A stretch of DNA of 28,995 nt from Thermoproteota archaeon (GCA_037917675.1 JAVCBW010000012.1:1-28995), one strand, 5' to 3'. Numbered from the stretch's first letter, positions 15,961 through 25,606 are shown. The notes: generated by a model from the sequence alone, not told the origin. Program-made: numbers and translations.

Positions 15961-16085
15961 GGGTTAGCGGTCAAAGCGCCGGGGAAACGCCCGGACTCAT
16001 GCCGAACCCGGAAGCTAAGCCCGGTGGCGTCCCGTGTTGTACTGTGCTCCGAGAGGGCACGGGAAGCACGGGAGACTGCTAACCC
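15961..16085 (+). rRNA. rrf: 5S ribosomal RNA (solitary, not linked to 16S/23S in this window)
   Basis: Helix I pairs 5' GGGUUAGC with 3' GCUAACCC. The conserved archaeal 5S core is CCCGGACUCAUGCCGAACCCGGAAGCUAAGCC. The length is 125 nt. Confidence 0.93.
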
Positions 16086-16106
16086 CCCACTTCAAGGGAG
16101 GTTGCA

Positions 16107-16925
16107 TTGCCCGTCTTCCTGGTTGCCAGCAGAAGAGACCCTGCTGGCTTGAGGATAGCTGAGTGGCTTGCTACACACTATGGCACCAAGATAGGTGAAG
16201 ACACATTCACGCTTAGGCTGAGCTCAGAATGCGTCCTTAAGCTTGTCAGCTGTGACATAGTTTACACCCCCAGCACAGCCATCCCAGCTGGCAGTGAGCT
16301 AGCTGTGTTCCTCTCAAGGCACAGTGGGAGAAGCCCTCCAGTGCTCTCTACCCATGTGACTGGCAACTTCGGTGAAGCTGTCCTCGGAGGCGAGAGCGGT
16401 AGGCTCTCCATAGCTCCAGCTAGCAAGATGAAGCTCTTCCTAATGGAGGCTAGCAGGCAAGCTGAGAGCATAGGATATGAGGCTGCCTTCGAGTGTACAC
16501 ATCATGGCCCCACGCTAGACTGCCCTGTGATGTTTGCTGAAGTGGGAAGCAGGCTTGAAAACTGGACTGACAGGAGAGCTGCCTCAGCTGTAGGTGAGGC
16601 TGTCACCTATGCTCTAGAGGAGAGGAGGAGCTTCAAGACTGCAGTAGCATTTGGAGGCCCCCACATAAACAGGAGGTATACTAGGGTCATGGCTGATGGT
16701 GAGCTTGCGATAGGTCATGCGATGTCAAAGCACTACACCCACTTGATCTCAGAGAGCCTAGTAAAGTACTGTATGGAGCGTACTCTAGAACCTGTCTCAA
16801 GGGCTCTGGTAGACTGGAAGGGGATGAGAGGAGGTGAGAGGAAGAAGCTCCTTGAAGCCCTCTCTAACCTAGGCATACCCTACATGAGGGCATCTGAGCT
16901 TGGTGTCGGGTTTGAAGCTAGGTGA
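16107..16925 (+). CDS. dtdA: Archaeal-type D-aminoacyl-tRNA deacylase (DTD2/DtdA)
   Basis: Has an N-terminal VASRRDPAGLRIAEWL, LSRHSG, FECTHHGP and GGPHINRRYT. The length of about 270 aa is characteristic of DtdA. The start is TTG, preceded by gggagg. Confidence 0.85.
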   Translation: MPVFLVASRRDPAGLRIAEWLATHYGTKIGEDTFTLRLSSECVLKLVSCDIVYTPSTAIPAGSELAVFLSRHSGRSPPVLSTHVTGNFGEAVLGGESGRLSIAPASKMKLFLMEASRQAESIGYEAAFECTHHGPTLDCPVMFAEVGSRLENWTDRRAASAVGEAVTYALEERRSFKTAVAFGGPHINRRYTRVMADGELAIGHAMSKHYTHLISESLVKYCMERTLEPVSRALVDWKGMRGGERKKLLEALSNLGIPYMRASELGVGFEAR

Positions 16926-17253
16926 GGTCAGGACTGAGAGCAGCAAGCCTATAGCATTCTTTGACTCTTCGATTCCGAGGCACATGTTCTTCTCAGTGAA
17001 CAGGAGGCTCAAGATGCTAGGCTACAGGGGTGTGTGGGCTCCTGCCTCACCTGTCGGTGGAGCTGCTAGCTTGGATGATGCTGTAAAGTACTGCTCTAAG
17101 AGAGGCATACCCTTGGTGGTCACCATGAGAAGGAGAGCTCTAGGCTTAAGGGAGCTCCATGGAGTGAAGGTCGTATACCTGGATAAGAGGGCTAGAAGGT
17201 CAGCCAACAGGGTGATAGCTAGGATATTTGAGGTGCTGAGAGATGAGGGCTGA
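16900..17253 (+). CDS. Hypothetical protein
   Basis: A 117-aa ORF that overlaps the dtdA end and the start of the next gene, which is an operon-like arrangement. I recognise no domain. The real start may be ATG 16984. Confidence 0.4.
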   Translation: MVSGLKLGEVRTESSKPIAFFDSSIPRHMFFSVNRRLKMLGYRGVWAPASPVGGAASLDDAVKYCSKRGIPLVVTMRRRALGLRELHGVKVVYLDKRARRSANRVIARIFEVLRDEG

Positions 17254-18946
17254 AGCACTAGCTGCAGTCATCATGCTCTCCTCAATCATGCAGGGCAGCA
17301 GCCTGCTTGGTAAAGCTGAGGTCTCATGTGTCCTGATAGAGAGGATGACCTACTTCAGCAGCTGCTGCTCACCATACTGGCATGCTAGAGCAGTAGTGTT
17401 GAACTCCAGCGGGTATGCTCTTGAAGCTGGTGAAGTCATCCAGCTGATAGTCTACTCTGGTGGCTCCCCCCAGGAGCCTGGGACGCTATGCAGGGTATCA
17501 GGACTCCTCTACTGGCAGGGTGGCTTCAAGCTTGTTGTCACTGCTGCTGAGGGATACTTCACGCCTCTGGGGGCAGCTGGAGAGCCTGAAGTAGCCTTGT
17601 CAGTGTCGAGAAGCCAGGCTGCCATAGGAGAGAGCATCGGAGTCGAGTTCTCAGTAGATGTAGCTCCGGCCCAAATAGCTTTGACAGCCTACTATCCAAG
17701 TGGAGAGAGCGAGGTGCTTGCTGAAGGCTGGGTTACACCAGGCTACAGGAGGAAGCTTGAGCTCTATCTACCTGATCCAGGGTCATATACCATAGTCCTA
17801 GCTGCTAGAAGCCCAGCTGGAAGGACATATGCCACCTCTAGGGTGGTCTATGTACCTGAGGAGGCTGGGGAAGCCTCCCTGCACATCAGCGTCCTAGACT
17901 ATGAGTCAGGTAGCCCTATAGATGGAGCTCTGGTGTACGTGAACAGCTCTCTCATAGGCAAGACATCTAGAGGAGCGATAGAGGTCAGAGGGTTGAGTAC
18001 TGGCATAGCTGACGTCTCTGTCTCGAAGCCAGGCTATGTAGCCTGCAGCATGCTTGTCGAGGTCAGAAGGGGATCTAATGAGGTCACCATAGCTCTGAGG
18101 AGAGCTCCCTTAAAGGCTCAGCTCACTGTTGAAGCTGATAGGCTCGAGGTCAAGGTTGGAGAGAGCTTCGAGCTCAGGGTCAGGATTGAGGTCAGCAGGG
18201 AGGCCTCCGTGCAGCTTACAGTTTTCAGCTCACCATCTCTCTCAGTGGGATCCATGGAGTTCCCTCTGGTCGTCAGGGGGGCTGAGGAGGTCAAGCTGAG
18301 AGCTAGAGCCATCAGGGCTGGGGTGTGGGCGATAAGAGCTGCAGCCAGGATCTCAGCTGGATCTGTGGCCACATACATAGAGAATCACACGATTGTGAGG
18401 GTTTCCGAGGCTGAGGAGGCTGCTGAACCTGCAGCATGCCTCTCTGCGAAGTCCATCAGGATATACGTCAGAGGAGAGGACGCTATCGCAGTGCTGTCAG
18501 CTACAGCTACACTAGAGGCGCCTGAAGCTGCCAGTGAGGCAGCCAGGGCCTTCAAGGAGGTCCTCAGGCTCCATGAGCTGGAAGACATCGAGTCTCATGT
18601 GGAGAAGGCTGGCGGCTCCCCTGAGGCCATCTGCACTGGTGTTTTGAAGCCTATCAGGGAGGGTGAAGGAGTTTTCACAGTCATCCTCACAGACCTAGCT
18701 GAGGCTGGTGTGCTACAGGTGGTCTTCGAGCTTCCTAGCAACCTGAGCGTGCTCAGAGCTCCAAGGGGGTCTAGAGTCGTTGAGTTCAATGAGACTACAG
18801 TCATATATGCTGCTGCTAGCGGCATCATTGAGGTTCAGTATGCAGTTGAGGCTGGAGGAGAAGGCAGGAGCTTAAGCCTGCTGCCTATAGTAGCTGTGGC
18901 AGCTGCTCTAGCTGTGGCTGCTCTCGCTGCTAGGAGGCTTCTCTAG
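17243..18946 (+). CDS. Secreted, C-terminally membrane-anchored surface protein with a CarboxypepD_reg-like and Ig-like beta-sandwich domains
   Basis: Has an N-terminal signal-like MRAEALAAVIMLSSIMQGSSLLG. The segment ISVLDYESGSPIDGALVYVNSSLIGKTSRGAIEVRGLSTGIADVSVSKPGYV is typical of a carboxypeptidase-regulatory-like fold. The C-terminal TM segment LLPIVAVAAALAVAALAA is followed by RRLL. Confidence 0.65.
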   Translation: MRAEALAAVIMLSSIMQGSSLLGKAEVSCVLIERMTYFSSCCSPYWHARAVVLNSSGYALEAGEVIQLIVYSGGSPQEPGTLCRVSGLLYWQGGFKLVVTAAEGYFTPLGAAGEPEVALSVSRSQAAIGESIGVEFSVDVAPAQIALTAYYPSGESEVLAEGWVTPGYRRKLELYLPDPGSYTIVLAARSPAGRTYATSRVVYVPEEAGEASLHISVLDYESGSPIDGALVYVNSSLIGKTSRGAIEVRGLSTGIADVSVSKPGYVACSMLVEVRRGSNEVTIALRRAPLKAQLTVEADRLEVKVGESFELRVRIEVSREASVQLTVFSSPSLSVGSMEFPLVVRGAEEVKLRARAIRAGVWAIRAAARISAGSVATYIENHTIVRVSEAEEAAEPAACLSAKSIRIYVRGEDAIAVLSATATLEAPEAASEAARAFKEVLRLHELEDIESHVEKAGGSPEAICTGVLKPIREGEGVFTVILTDLAEAGVLQVVFELPSNLSVLRAPRGSRVVEFNETTVIYAAASGIIEVQYAVEAGGEGRSLSLLPIVAVAAALAVAALAARRLL

Positions 18947-20516
18947 CATAAACCTCCTCAACAACCCCCACAGCTCTCGTTGAGGCCTCCCTGAGGAAGA
19001 ACTTCTCTCCTCTCCTAATGTAGACTGGGTTATACATGAACTCAAGGTCTACCTTAGCCATGTCACCTGTCCTTAGAGGCTCCTTCGACGTCCACGTGAA
19101 CTTCACAGTCTCCCTTATGCTATGGGCGTGAAGTACAGCCTGATATCCTCTCCTTATGGTTGTCGGGTGGTGTAGCACAAGTATCCTAGCTCTAATCTTC
19201 TCTACTGCAAGAGGCTTCTCTGAAATGTCTAGCACAACCATGCCCTTCTCCACAGAGCTGTAGTCTAAGTCTATGGCTAGGCAGGCTAGCTGCCCTGAGC
19301 TAGCTCTCCTCGCGTTCACCCTATGTATCTGGATGGACTTCACTGCAGTAGTCGTGTAGCCTCTATTGACCGGCCCAATCCAGACCCTGTCTCCTACTCT
19401 GACAGTCCCTTCTAGGACAAGCCCATAGACTACTGTCCCAACTCCCCTAACACTGAACTTGTCCTCCACATACATGCGGAATGGAGCTGATGGATCCAGC
19501 CTGCTATGCCTTCTAGGTGGAAGCAGAGATAGGAACTCCACTAGCCTGCCTATGCCCTCTCCTGTCTTGCTTGAGACAAGGAACACAGGCATTACCCTGC
19601 CACTCCTCATGTGTCTGGCTGCTACTACGAGGTCTCCTCTGCTCTTCACGAGCATCGGTATCTTGTCTACTGAGGGCATCTCAGCTAGCTCCCAGAGCTG
19701 CCTAAGAACCCTCTTAACCATCTCCCTCCCAACCAGGTCTGTCTTCGTCACCACCGCGAACACAGGGGTTCTTATGGCCTGCATTATCCCAAACTGCTCT
19801 CTTGCAGTGCCTATTAGCCCTGCGTTCGCTGAGACAACGAGCATACCATAGTCTGGTTCATGTGAGCATATGCCTTTCAACGTTGTCTTGAGGTACCTAT
19901 AGTGCCCAGCTAGGTCTACAAAGCATATGACCTTGCTGCTCTTCGTGTACACCTCGTCTTCAGAGGGGTGTGGTAGTAGCCTGTTGACGACCTCAGCTCC
20001 ATCTGAGAACCCTAGCAGGACTGTTGTGACTGAAGAGGTTCTCCCTGACATGAGCTCATGCTTGTGTCTAGCTATCTTCGCTCTAGCTGCCCCAGCTCCA
20101 TCGTCGAGCTCACCGAATGCAAGCACACTGAGTAAGGTGGACTTCCCGCTGTCTACGTTCCCTATAACTGGTATTGTGAGGCTTATAGGCTCTCTCTGCA
20201 GGACCTTCCTTACATGGACCTCTGCGACAACACCCCTTTTCCCCTCCACCTTCCTGAGGACCCTCAGCTCAGCTCCGATCCTCTTTGCCACCTCCCTCAA
20301 GACCTCTAGGGTCTTCTCTAGCTCCTGTGGTGGGAGCCCTAGTAGCTCTCCTTCATCTGTCACGCCAACCTCATAGAAGGCTTCTCCTCCCCCCTCCCTT
20401 ATCCTGTACTCCATCTGTGTTGTTAGCTCCTCTATCCTCCTGCTGCCTGCCTCAGCTAGCGTAAGCTTGTACTCCACTGGCCCAGTTTCCCTCTCCTTCC
20501 CCTGAACCCTCTCCAT
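18930..20516 (-). CDS. GTPBP1-like translational GTPase (EF-1alpha-related, with N-terminal winged-helix-like extension)
   Basis: Has G1 GNVDSGKST, G3 DLAGH and G4 TKTD, followed by EF-Tu domain II/III-like beta barrels (GVGTVVYGLVLEGTVRVGD). Confidence 0.85.
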   Translation of the reverse strand: MERVQGKERETGPVEYKLTLAEAGSRRIEELTTQMEYRIREGGGEAFYEVGVTDEGELLGLPPQELEKTLEVLREVAKRIGAELRVLRKVEGKRGVVAEVHVRKVLQREPISLTIPVIGNVDSGKSTLLSVLAFGELDDGAGAARAKIARHKHELMSGRTSSVTTVLLGFSDGAEVVNRLLPHPSEDEVYTKSSKVICFVDLAGHYRYLKTTLKGICSHEPDYGMLVVSANAGLIGTAREQFGIMQAIRTPVFAVVTKTDLVGREMVKRVLRQLWELAEMPSVDKIPMLVKSRGDLVVAARHMRSGRVMPVFLVSSKTGEGIGRLVEFLSLLPPRRHSRLDPSAPFRMYVEDKFSVRGVGTVVYGLVLEGTVRVGDRVWIGPVNRGYTTTAVKSIQIHRVNARRASSGQLACLAIDLDYSSVEKGMVVLDISEKPLAVEKIRARILVLHHPTTIRRGYQAVLHAHSIRETVKFTWTSKEPLRTGDMAKVDLEFMYNPVYIRRGEKFFLREASTRAVGVVEEVYAREAS

Positions 20517-20570
20517 GCAGCCACCAGCTCACTAACCTTTATACATCAGCTGTCTCCCCTACATATTCTT

Positions 20571-21773
20571 TTGGGTGCTAGCTTGCGTCTATTCAATATG
20601 GTGACTTGGGAGGAGGTCAAGAGAGGTGATGTAACAGACATATACTTCGAGAGGACTGAGGAGATTCTCAGGAGGAAGGGGCTCTATGACACGGTGGTTG
20701 CTGCTGAGATAGTTTCACATAAGCTCCCTGACAACTGGAGCTGGGCTGTGCTAGCAGGCGTGAAGGATGTCTGTGAGCTCCTAGAAGGCCTCAACATAGA
20801 CTTCTACTCACTGCCAGAGGGCACAGTGTTCAGGAGAGAGGTTCCTGTAGCTAGGCTGGAGGGCCCCTATGGCGTGTTCTGCAGGTATGAGACCGCTATA
20901 CTCGGGATGCTATGCCAGGCTTCTGGTGTAGCCACTGCAGCAGCTAGGGTGAAGCTTGCAGCCAGAGGAAAGCCTGTCTACAGCTTTGGAGTCAGAAGGA
21001 TGCATCCAGCTGTCAGCCTGGTTATAGAGAGAGCTGCGATAATAGGAGGATGTGATGGCGGCTCCCTCAAGCTGCTGAGCGAGCTTGGCCTCAAGCCTGT
21101 TGGCACAATGCCTCACGCCCTGATCCTGGTGTTCGGAGATCAGAGGGGAGCCTGGAAGGCATTCGACGACGTGATGCCTAGCGAGGTCCCCAGGATAGCT
21201 CTAGTCGACACGTTCTATGATGAGAAGGTTGAGGCTATCATGGCAGCTGAGCTCCTCAAGGAGAGGCTCTTTGCTGTCAGGCTTGACACCCCCAGCTCAA
21301 GGAGAGGCTCAATGGAGGACATAGTAAGGGAGGTGAGGTGGGAGCTAGACCTCAGAGGATACAGGCATGTTAAGATATTCGTGTCAGGAGGCCTCGACGA
21401 GGACTCTGTAGCGAGGCTAGCTGAAGCTGGAGCTGACGCCTTCGGGGTTGGAACATACATATCGAATGCCAAGACCATAGACTTTAGCATGGATATAGTG
21501 GAGGTCGAGGGGAGGCCTGTAGCTAAGAGAGGTAAGCCAGCTGGCAGGAAGGACGTATTCTACTGCAGCAGCTGCATGGAGTCCATGGTTCTAGCAGCTG
21601 GCTCTCCTCAGCCCAGGTGCCCGAGCTGCGGAGAGGCCATGGAGAACAAGATGGTCAAGCATGTTGAGAGAGGCCGAGTTATAGCTCCAGAGAGGAGCTT
21701 GCTGGAGATACGCAGCTATGTGCTCGAGCAGCTTGGCAAGCTTACTCGGCAGCCACGATCCCGCTCTCTGTGA
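20571..21773 (+). CDS. Nicotinate phosphoribosyltransferase family protein with a C-terminal zinc ribbon
   Basis: Motifs are TDIYFERT, GVRRMHP, GTMPHALI and RLDTPSSRRG. The C-terminal CSSC...CPSCG provides 4 Cys. The start is TTG 20571 or, more likely, ATG 20598. TATA-like cctttatacat lies at 20537-20547. Confidence 0.85.
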   Translation: MGASLRLFNMVTWEEVKRGDVTDIYFERTEEILRRKGLYDTVVAAEIVSHKLPDNWSWAVLAGVKDVCELLEGLNIDFYSLPEGTVFRREVPVARLEGPYGVFCRYETAILGMLCQASGVATAAARVKLAARGKPVYSFGVRRMHPAVSLVIERAAIIGGCDGGSLKLLSELGLKPVGTMPHALILVFGDQRGAWKAFDDVMPSEVPRIALVDTFYDEKVEAIMAAELLKERLFAVRLDTPSSRRGSMEDIVREVRWELDLRGYRHVKIFVSGGLDEDSVARLAEAGADAFGVGTYISNAKTIDFSMDIVEVEGRPVAKRGKPAGRKDVFYCSSCMESMVLAAGSPQPRCPSCGEAMENKMVKHVERGRVIAPERSLLEIRSYVLEQLGKLTRQPRSRSL

Positions 21774-22707
21774 TCGCGACTTCTATAGAGGACTCTGGTA
21801 GGTACGGGCTCTTCACCAGCTTTATCACTCTCCTATCTCCCTTAGTCCTCCTTATGTAGAGTCTACATGTGACTCCATGCCCTAGCACATGTCCTCCAGC
21901 TGGCGAGAGAGGGTCTCCATAGTATACAGCTGGGTTAGCTAGCACCTGATTAGTCACTAAGACTCCTATGTTGTATATGCTTGCCATCCTGAGGAGCTTG
22001 TGTATGTACTTGTTGAGCCTCTGCTGCCTCTCAGCTAAAGTCTCTCTCCCAACGTATTCTCCTCTAAAGTGGCTTATGAGAGAGTCTACTATCAGGAGCC
22101 CTATGTTCCTGCTCCTGATATACTCCTCTGCCCTATCTGTGATGAGCATCTGGTGGTCTGTGTTGAAGGCTCTAGCATAGAGTATGTTCTTTAAGGCCTC
22201 CATGGGGTCTAGCTCAAACGCCTTAGCTATCTGGACTATCCTCTCTGGCCTAAACGTATGCTCTGTATCTATGTAGAATGCTCCTCTGCCTAGCCCACCT
22301 TTCTCCTCTGGAAGCTGGACTGTCACTGAGAGCTGGTGGCATAGCTGCGTCTTCCCGCTCCCATATGGCCCATAGACCTCTGTTATCGTCCCTGTCTCGA
22401 TCCCCCCATCCAGCATGTCATCCAGAGCCTTACAGCCTGTTGATATCTTCCTAACCTGCTTCCTCCTCTGGAGGAACTCATAGGCTGTCTCAACCTCTCC
22501 GAGGTCTAGTGCAGCTCTAGCAGCTGCTATGAACTTAGCTGCCTGAGCCTCGCTTATACCGCTTATCATAGCTATCTCAGCCGGCGAGGCTGTCGCAATG
22601 GACTCTACTGTCGTGTATCCTGCTGACCTGAGCTTCTCAGCTGTCTGAGGGCCTATGCCAGGTAAGTCTGTAATATCCTCAACCTCCCTCTTTGCTCTCT
22701 TACCCAA
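21742..22707 (-). CDS. radA: DNA repair and recombination protein RadA
   Basis: Has an N-terminal HhH (DLPGIGPQTAEKLRSAGY), Walker A GPYGSGKTQ and Walker B LLIVDS. The C-terminal segment GGHVLGHGVTCRLYIRR is typical of RadA/Rad51. Confidence 0.95.
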   Translation of the reverse strand: MGKRAKREVEDITDLPGIGPQTAEKLRSAGYTTVESIATASPAEIAMISGISEAQAAKFIAAARAALDLGEVETAYEFLQRRKQVRKISTGCKALDDMLDGGIETGTITEVYGPYGSGKTQLCHQLSVTVQLPEEKGGLGRGAFYIDTEHTFRPERIVQIAKAFELDPMEALKNILYARAFNTDHQMLITDRAEEYIRSRNIGLLIVDSLISHFRGEYVGRETLAERQQRLNKYIHKLLRMASIYNIGVLVTNQVLANPAVYYGDPLSPAGGHVLGHGVTCRLYIRRTKGDRRVIKLVKSPYLPESSIEVAITESGIVAAE

Positions 22708-22770
22708 GCTGCTGCACCTAATGTTAGAGGCGTACCCAAGGTATTTAAGTGTTCTCTGGCTCTATAGCGT

Positions 22771-23565
22771 ATGAGGCTAGCTGATGCACACTGCCATCTA
22801 CTGGACTCAGCCTTCTCAGCTGACCTAGCAGAGGTTATTGAGAGAGCTAGGAGAGCTGGTGTAGTCTACATGGTAAGCTCTACTCTCAGCATAGCTGAGG
22901 CCATGAAGCATGCCAGCATGGCTGACAGCCTCATGGAGGCTGGTGTCTTCTGGAGCATCGGACTGGATCCACGCCTGTATCCTCTAGAGGCTGAGGGTGT
23001 CGAGGAGCTCGCCAGGAGGTTTTCACATAAGATAGCTGCCATAGGGGAGGTGGGGCTAGACTTCAAGGCTGCTAGGGGGATGGAGGAGAGGGCTCTTCAG
23101 AGGAGAGTCTTCTCAGACTTCATAAGCCTAGCTCTAGAGCTAGGGAAGCCTATTGTAGTACACTCCAGGTGGTCTCAGAGTGCTGTGCTAGACTTGCTTG
23201 AGGAGCATAGAGCTGACTTAGCTCTGCTACATGCCTATACTGGGAGCTCTAGAGAAGTCGAGAGGGCAGCTAAGCTAGGCTACATGATCTCAGTCTCGAC
23301 TTCTGTCACCAGGCATGCTAGTACCCATAGAGTAGCTGCTGAAGCACCTCTAGAGTGCATTGTGCTAGAGTCAGACTCCCCTGCGCTAGCTCCTGTAGCT
23401 GGAGAGAGGAATGAGCCTGCCAACATAGCTCTGGCTGCAGCTGAGGTGGCTAGGATAAGGAGGGTAGAGGCTACCGTCGTCTCTGAAGCTGCCTTCGAGA
23501 ACACAGTCAGCTTCTACTCGCTTCCAACGAGCCTGCTGAGCTCTTCAAGAGCCCTAGACACCTGA
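22771..23565 (+). CDS. tatD: TatD family metal-dependent hydrolase
   Basis: Motifs are ADAHCHL, IGEVGLD, VVHSR, LHAY and ESDSP. TATA-like ggtatttaag lies about 25 nt upstream. Confidence 0.9.
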   Translation: MRLADAHCHLLDSAFSADLAEVIERARRAGVVYMVSSTLSIAEAMKHASMADSLMEAGVFWSIGLDPRLYPLEAEGVEELARRFSHKIAAIGEVGLDFKAARGMEERALQRRVFSDFISLALELGKPIVVHSRWSQSAVLDLLEEHRADLALLHAYTGSSREVERAAKLGYMISVSTSVTRHASTHRVAAEAPLECIVLESDSPALAPVAGERNEPANIALAAAEVARIRRVEATVVSEAAFENTVSFYSLPTSLLSSSRALDT

Positions 23566-24086
23566 TGAATGGGCTTCTCCCCGAGAGCTAGCCCGACAGC
23601 AGCGCCATCCTCCATGAGATATATGAAGCCTCCTGAGAACTCTGCTAGAAGCCACCCCTCTCCTCTCTTCACCTCAGTCAGCTCTCTCAGCTCCCTGCCA
23701 TGAGCTTTCTCCAGCCTCAGCTCAACCTCAGTATACCCTCTTATCTGGCATGCTCCTCCTAGCGGGAGAAGGGTGAACTTGAATACTCCAGCTGAGTAGA
23801 CTGGAGCTCTCAGCCCAGCTAGGTGCTCAGCTACCCTCCTGTATCTTGAGGTAGCCTTCAGCAGCCAGGTGTAAAGAGGTGCATCCGTCAGGCTCTCAAG
23901 AGCCTCTGAAGCTCTAGCTACGAGGTCCTCATCTCCACAGAGGCTTGCTGCTCTAGCTGCATTAGCTAGGCAGGAGACCTTAATCCCCCTGTCCTCAGCT
24001 TCAGCTGCAGCTTCCATGAAGAGCTCAGCTGCCCTCCTAAAGTCCAAAGCCCATTCAGCACAGTAGGCTAGCTTGACCTTCCTCAT
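23514..24086 (-). CDS. Hypothetical cytoplasmic protein (helical N-terminal half, beta-rich C-terminal half)
   Basis: A 190-aa ORF with an ATG start. On the minus strand, TATA-like ttctaaatataagg lies about 20-25 nt upstream, overlapping the stop of the preceding gene. It has no TM segment and no domain I recognise. It has a 52-nt convergent overlap with tatD. Confidence 0.55.
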   Translation of the reverse strand: MRKVKLAYCAEWALDFRRAAELFMEAAAEAEDRGIKVSCLANAARAASLCGDEDLVARASEALESLTDAPLYTWLLKATSRYRRVAEHLAGLRAPVYSAGVFKFTLLPLGGACQIRGYTEVELRLEKAHGRELRELTEVKRGEGWLLAEFSGGFIYLMEDGAAVGLALGEKPIHQVSRALEELSRLVGSE

Positions 24087-24114
24087 AACAACCCACTGGC
24101 TTCATGCCTTATAT

Positions 24115-25113
24115 TTAGAAGCTGAGCTTCAGCTCCTCCTCAAGCCTGAAGCTGCTTCCCTCATACCTGACATGCCCTCTCTCAACCCAGCTCCTAAAGT
24201 ACACGAAGACCCCTGTCCTCCATGCTCTCCCAGCGTACTCGACGCCTGTAAGCCCTCCTCCAGCGAATACCTTAGATAGGGGGCTCCTATCACAGGCCCT
24301 CCTCTCCGAGACCTCTATCTCGACAAAGACCAGCTTAGTCACGCGGGTAGCTGGCCCCAAGCCAAGGTAATCTTCGTAATACCTATGGTGGTACCTGACC
24401 TGAACTGTGACAGAGTACCTAACCTTCAAGCTGGTTGCTGTAGTAGGCCATGGCACTCTTCTCAGCTCCTCTCTCAGCAGCCTGCAATAGAGCTCAGAGT
24501 ACCTATAGGCTATCACTCTAGCTCCATCCCTACGCCCATAGTCTAGCCTAGCCCTGATAGCCTTCTCAGCTGCAGCTCTAGCAGCCTCTGACATGTGGTA
24601 TAGCAGGTATATCCTAGCTGGGTGAGCTGCCCTTATGGCTGTCTGGAGGCTAGCCCATGCTACTGAGGCTTCTAGGCGAGCTTTAAACCACCCACTTATA
24701 TAGACTCCACCTAGCTGCCCAGCTGCATCAATGGCCTTCAGCTGCTGAGTGTCCAAGACCTCCCCGTGGTAGGGCTGGGCTCTGACATCCACGCTGATCT
24801 GACTCTTCACAGAGAGGCCAGAGAGCCACCTAGCATACTTCATGCTCCACTCCATGGTAGGGATCTCAGAGAGCTCATGGTATGGGTCTAAGCCTAGTGA
24901 TGCTATCTCAGCTATCTTGCTGTCAACCCAGCTCCTCACATAGATAAGTAGAGAGACTTGAGAAGCCTCCATCTCACACCATAGCAGAGATATCTCTGAG
25001 AGCCTCCTATTCCTCTCACCATAGAACCTGTATGGAGCTGGGCTCCAAGCTAGCATGGTGAGGGCAGCTACGAGAACTGCTACAGCTAGGATCACTCCTC
25101 TCCTAGCATCCAC
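24115..25113 (-). CDS. N-terminally anchored extracytoplasmic protein, function unknown (class III signal-like RRG|VILAV)
   Basis: The N-terminus is MDARRGVILAVAVLVAALTMLAW, followed by about 300 aa rich in W, Y and R. The GTG start shares one nucleotide with the upstream stop (TAGTG). Confidence 0.6.
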   Translation of the reverse strand: MDARRGVILAVAVLVAALTMLAWSPAPYRFYGERNRRLSEISLLWCEMEASQVSLLIYVRSWVDSKIAEIASLGLDPYHELSEIPTMEWSMKYARWLSGLSVKSQISVDVRAQPYHGEVLDTQQLKAIDAAGQLGGVYISGWFKARLEASVAWASLQTAIRAAHPARIYLLYHMSEAARAAAEKAIRARLDYGRRDGARVIAYRYSELYCRLLREELRRVPWPTTATSLKVRYSVTVQVRYHHRYYEDYLGLGPATRVTKLVFVEIEVSERRACDRSPLSKVFAGGGLTGVEYAGRAWRTGVFVYFRSWVERGHVRYEGSSFRLEEELKLSF

Positions 25114-25481
25114 TACACACCAGCTCCAATCCTCAACTTGAGCTCTAGGGTAGCTCCATAGCAGACGAACAAGGCTCTAGCTTCACCATAGACTTCTCCA
25201 GCCCACCCTGCTCTACCTGCTCCAAGCTCTACTCTCCCCCCATAGGATTCATGGATTACCTGGGCTCCATTCTCCCCTGAGAGAGCGGCCCATATGCTTC
25301 GAAGAGCTTCTCCACTCCAGCTAGCTTCTACCACGGCTCTAGCTGCCTTAAAGGACCCTAATACGACAGCCTCATCAAAGCTCCTAGTGGCATTTGCTCT
25401 CACAGCTAAGGCAGCTAGAGCAACCGTAGCAACCAGGATGCAGTCTAAGATGGCTAAGCTGACTCCTCTCAAGGGAACCAC
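25113..25481 (-). CDS. Small pilin-like protein candidate (class III signal-like LRG|VSLAIL)
   Basis: A GTG start gives (M)VPLRGVSLAILDCILVATVALAALAV. This is a short basic n-region, then R-G, then a hydrophobic stretch of about 20 aa, as in archaeal type IV pilin precursors. The length is 122 aa. Confidence 0.55.
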   Translation of the reverse strand: MVPLRGVSLAILDCILVATVALAALAVRANATRSFDEAVVLGSFKAARAVVEASWSGEALRSIWAALSGENGAQVIHESYGGRVELGAGRAGWAGEVYGEARALFVCYGATLELKLRIGAGV

Positions 25482-25606
25482 CAGAGCTCTCTAGTCAAGT
25501 TGACTGCAGCCACCCTACTAGGCTCCACATCCAGCATGGCTATGAGGGCTATAGTGAACAACAGGAAGGCGATAAAGGCCTCAACCACATCCTCCAACAA
25601 AGACAC
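25469..25606 (-). CDS. Candidate 45-aa single-TM micro-protein (not in the ORF track)
   Basis: A GTG start gives (M)SLLEDVVEAFIAFLLFTIALIAMLDVEPSRVAAVNLTRELWWFP. It overlaps the upstream gene end by 26 nt and the downstream GTG start by 13 nt. This fills what would otherwise be the only gap in the overlapping operon. Confidence 0.3.
   Translation of the reverse strand: MSLLEDVVEAFIAFLLFTIALIAMLDVEPSRVAAVNLTRELWWFP

Noticed and set aside
16900-17253. The 117-aa ORF as an RNase P Rpp30-like or other known small subunit.
   Set aside because: I could not support any motif-level match. It is retained only as a low-confidence hypothetical CDS.
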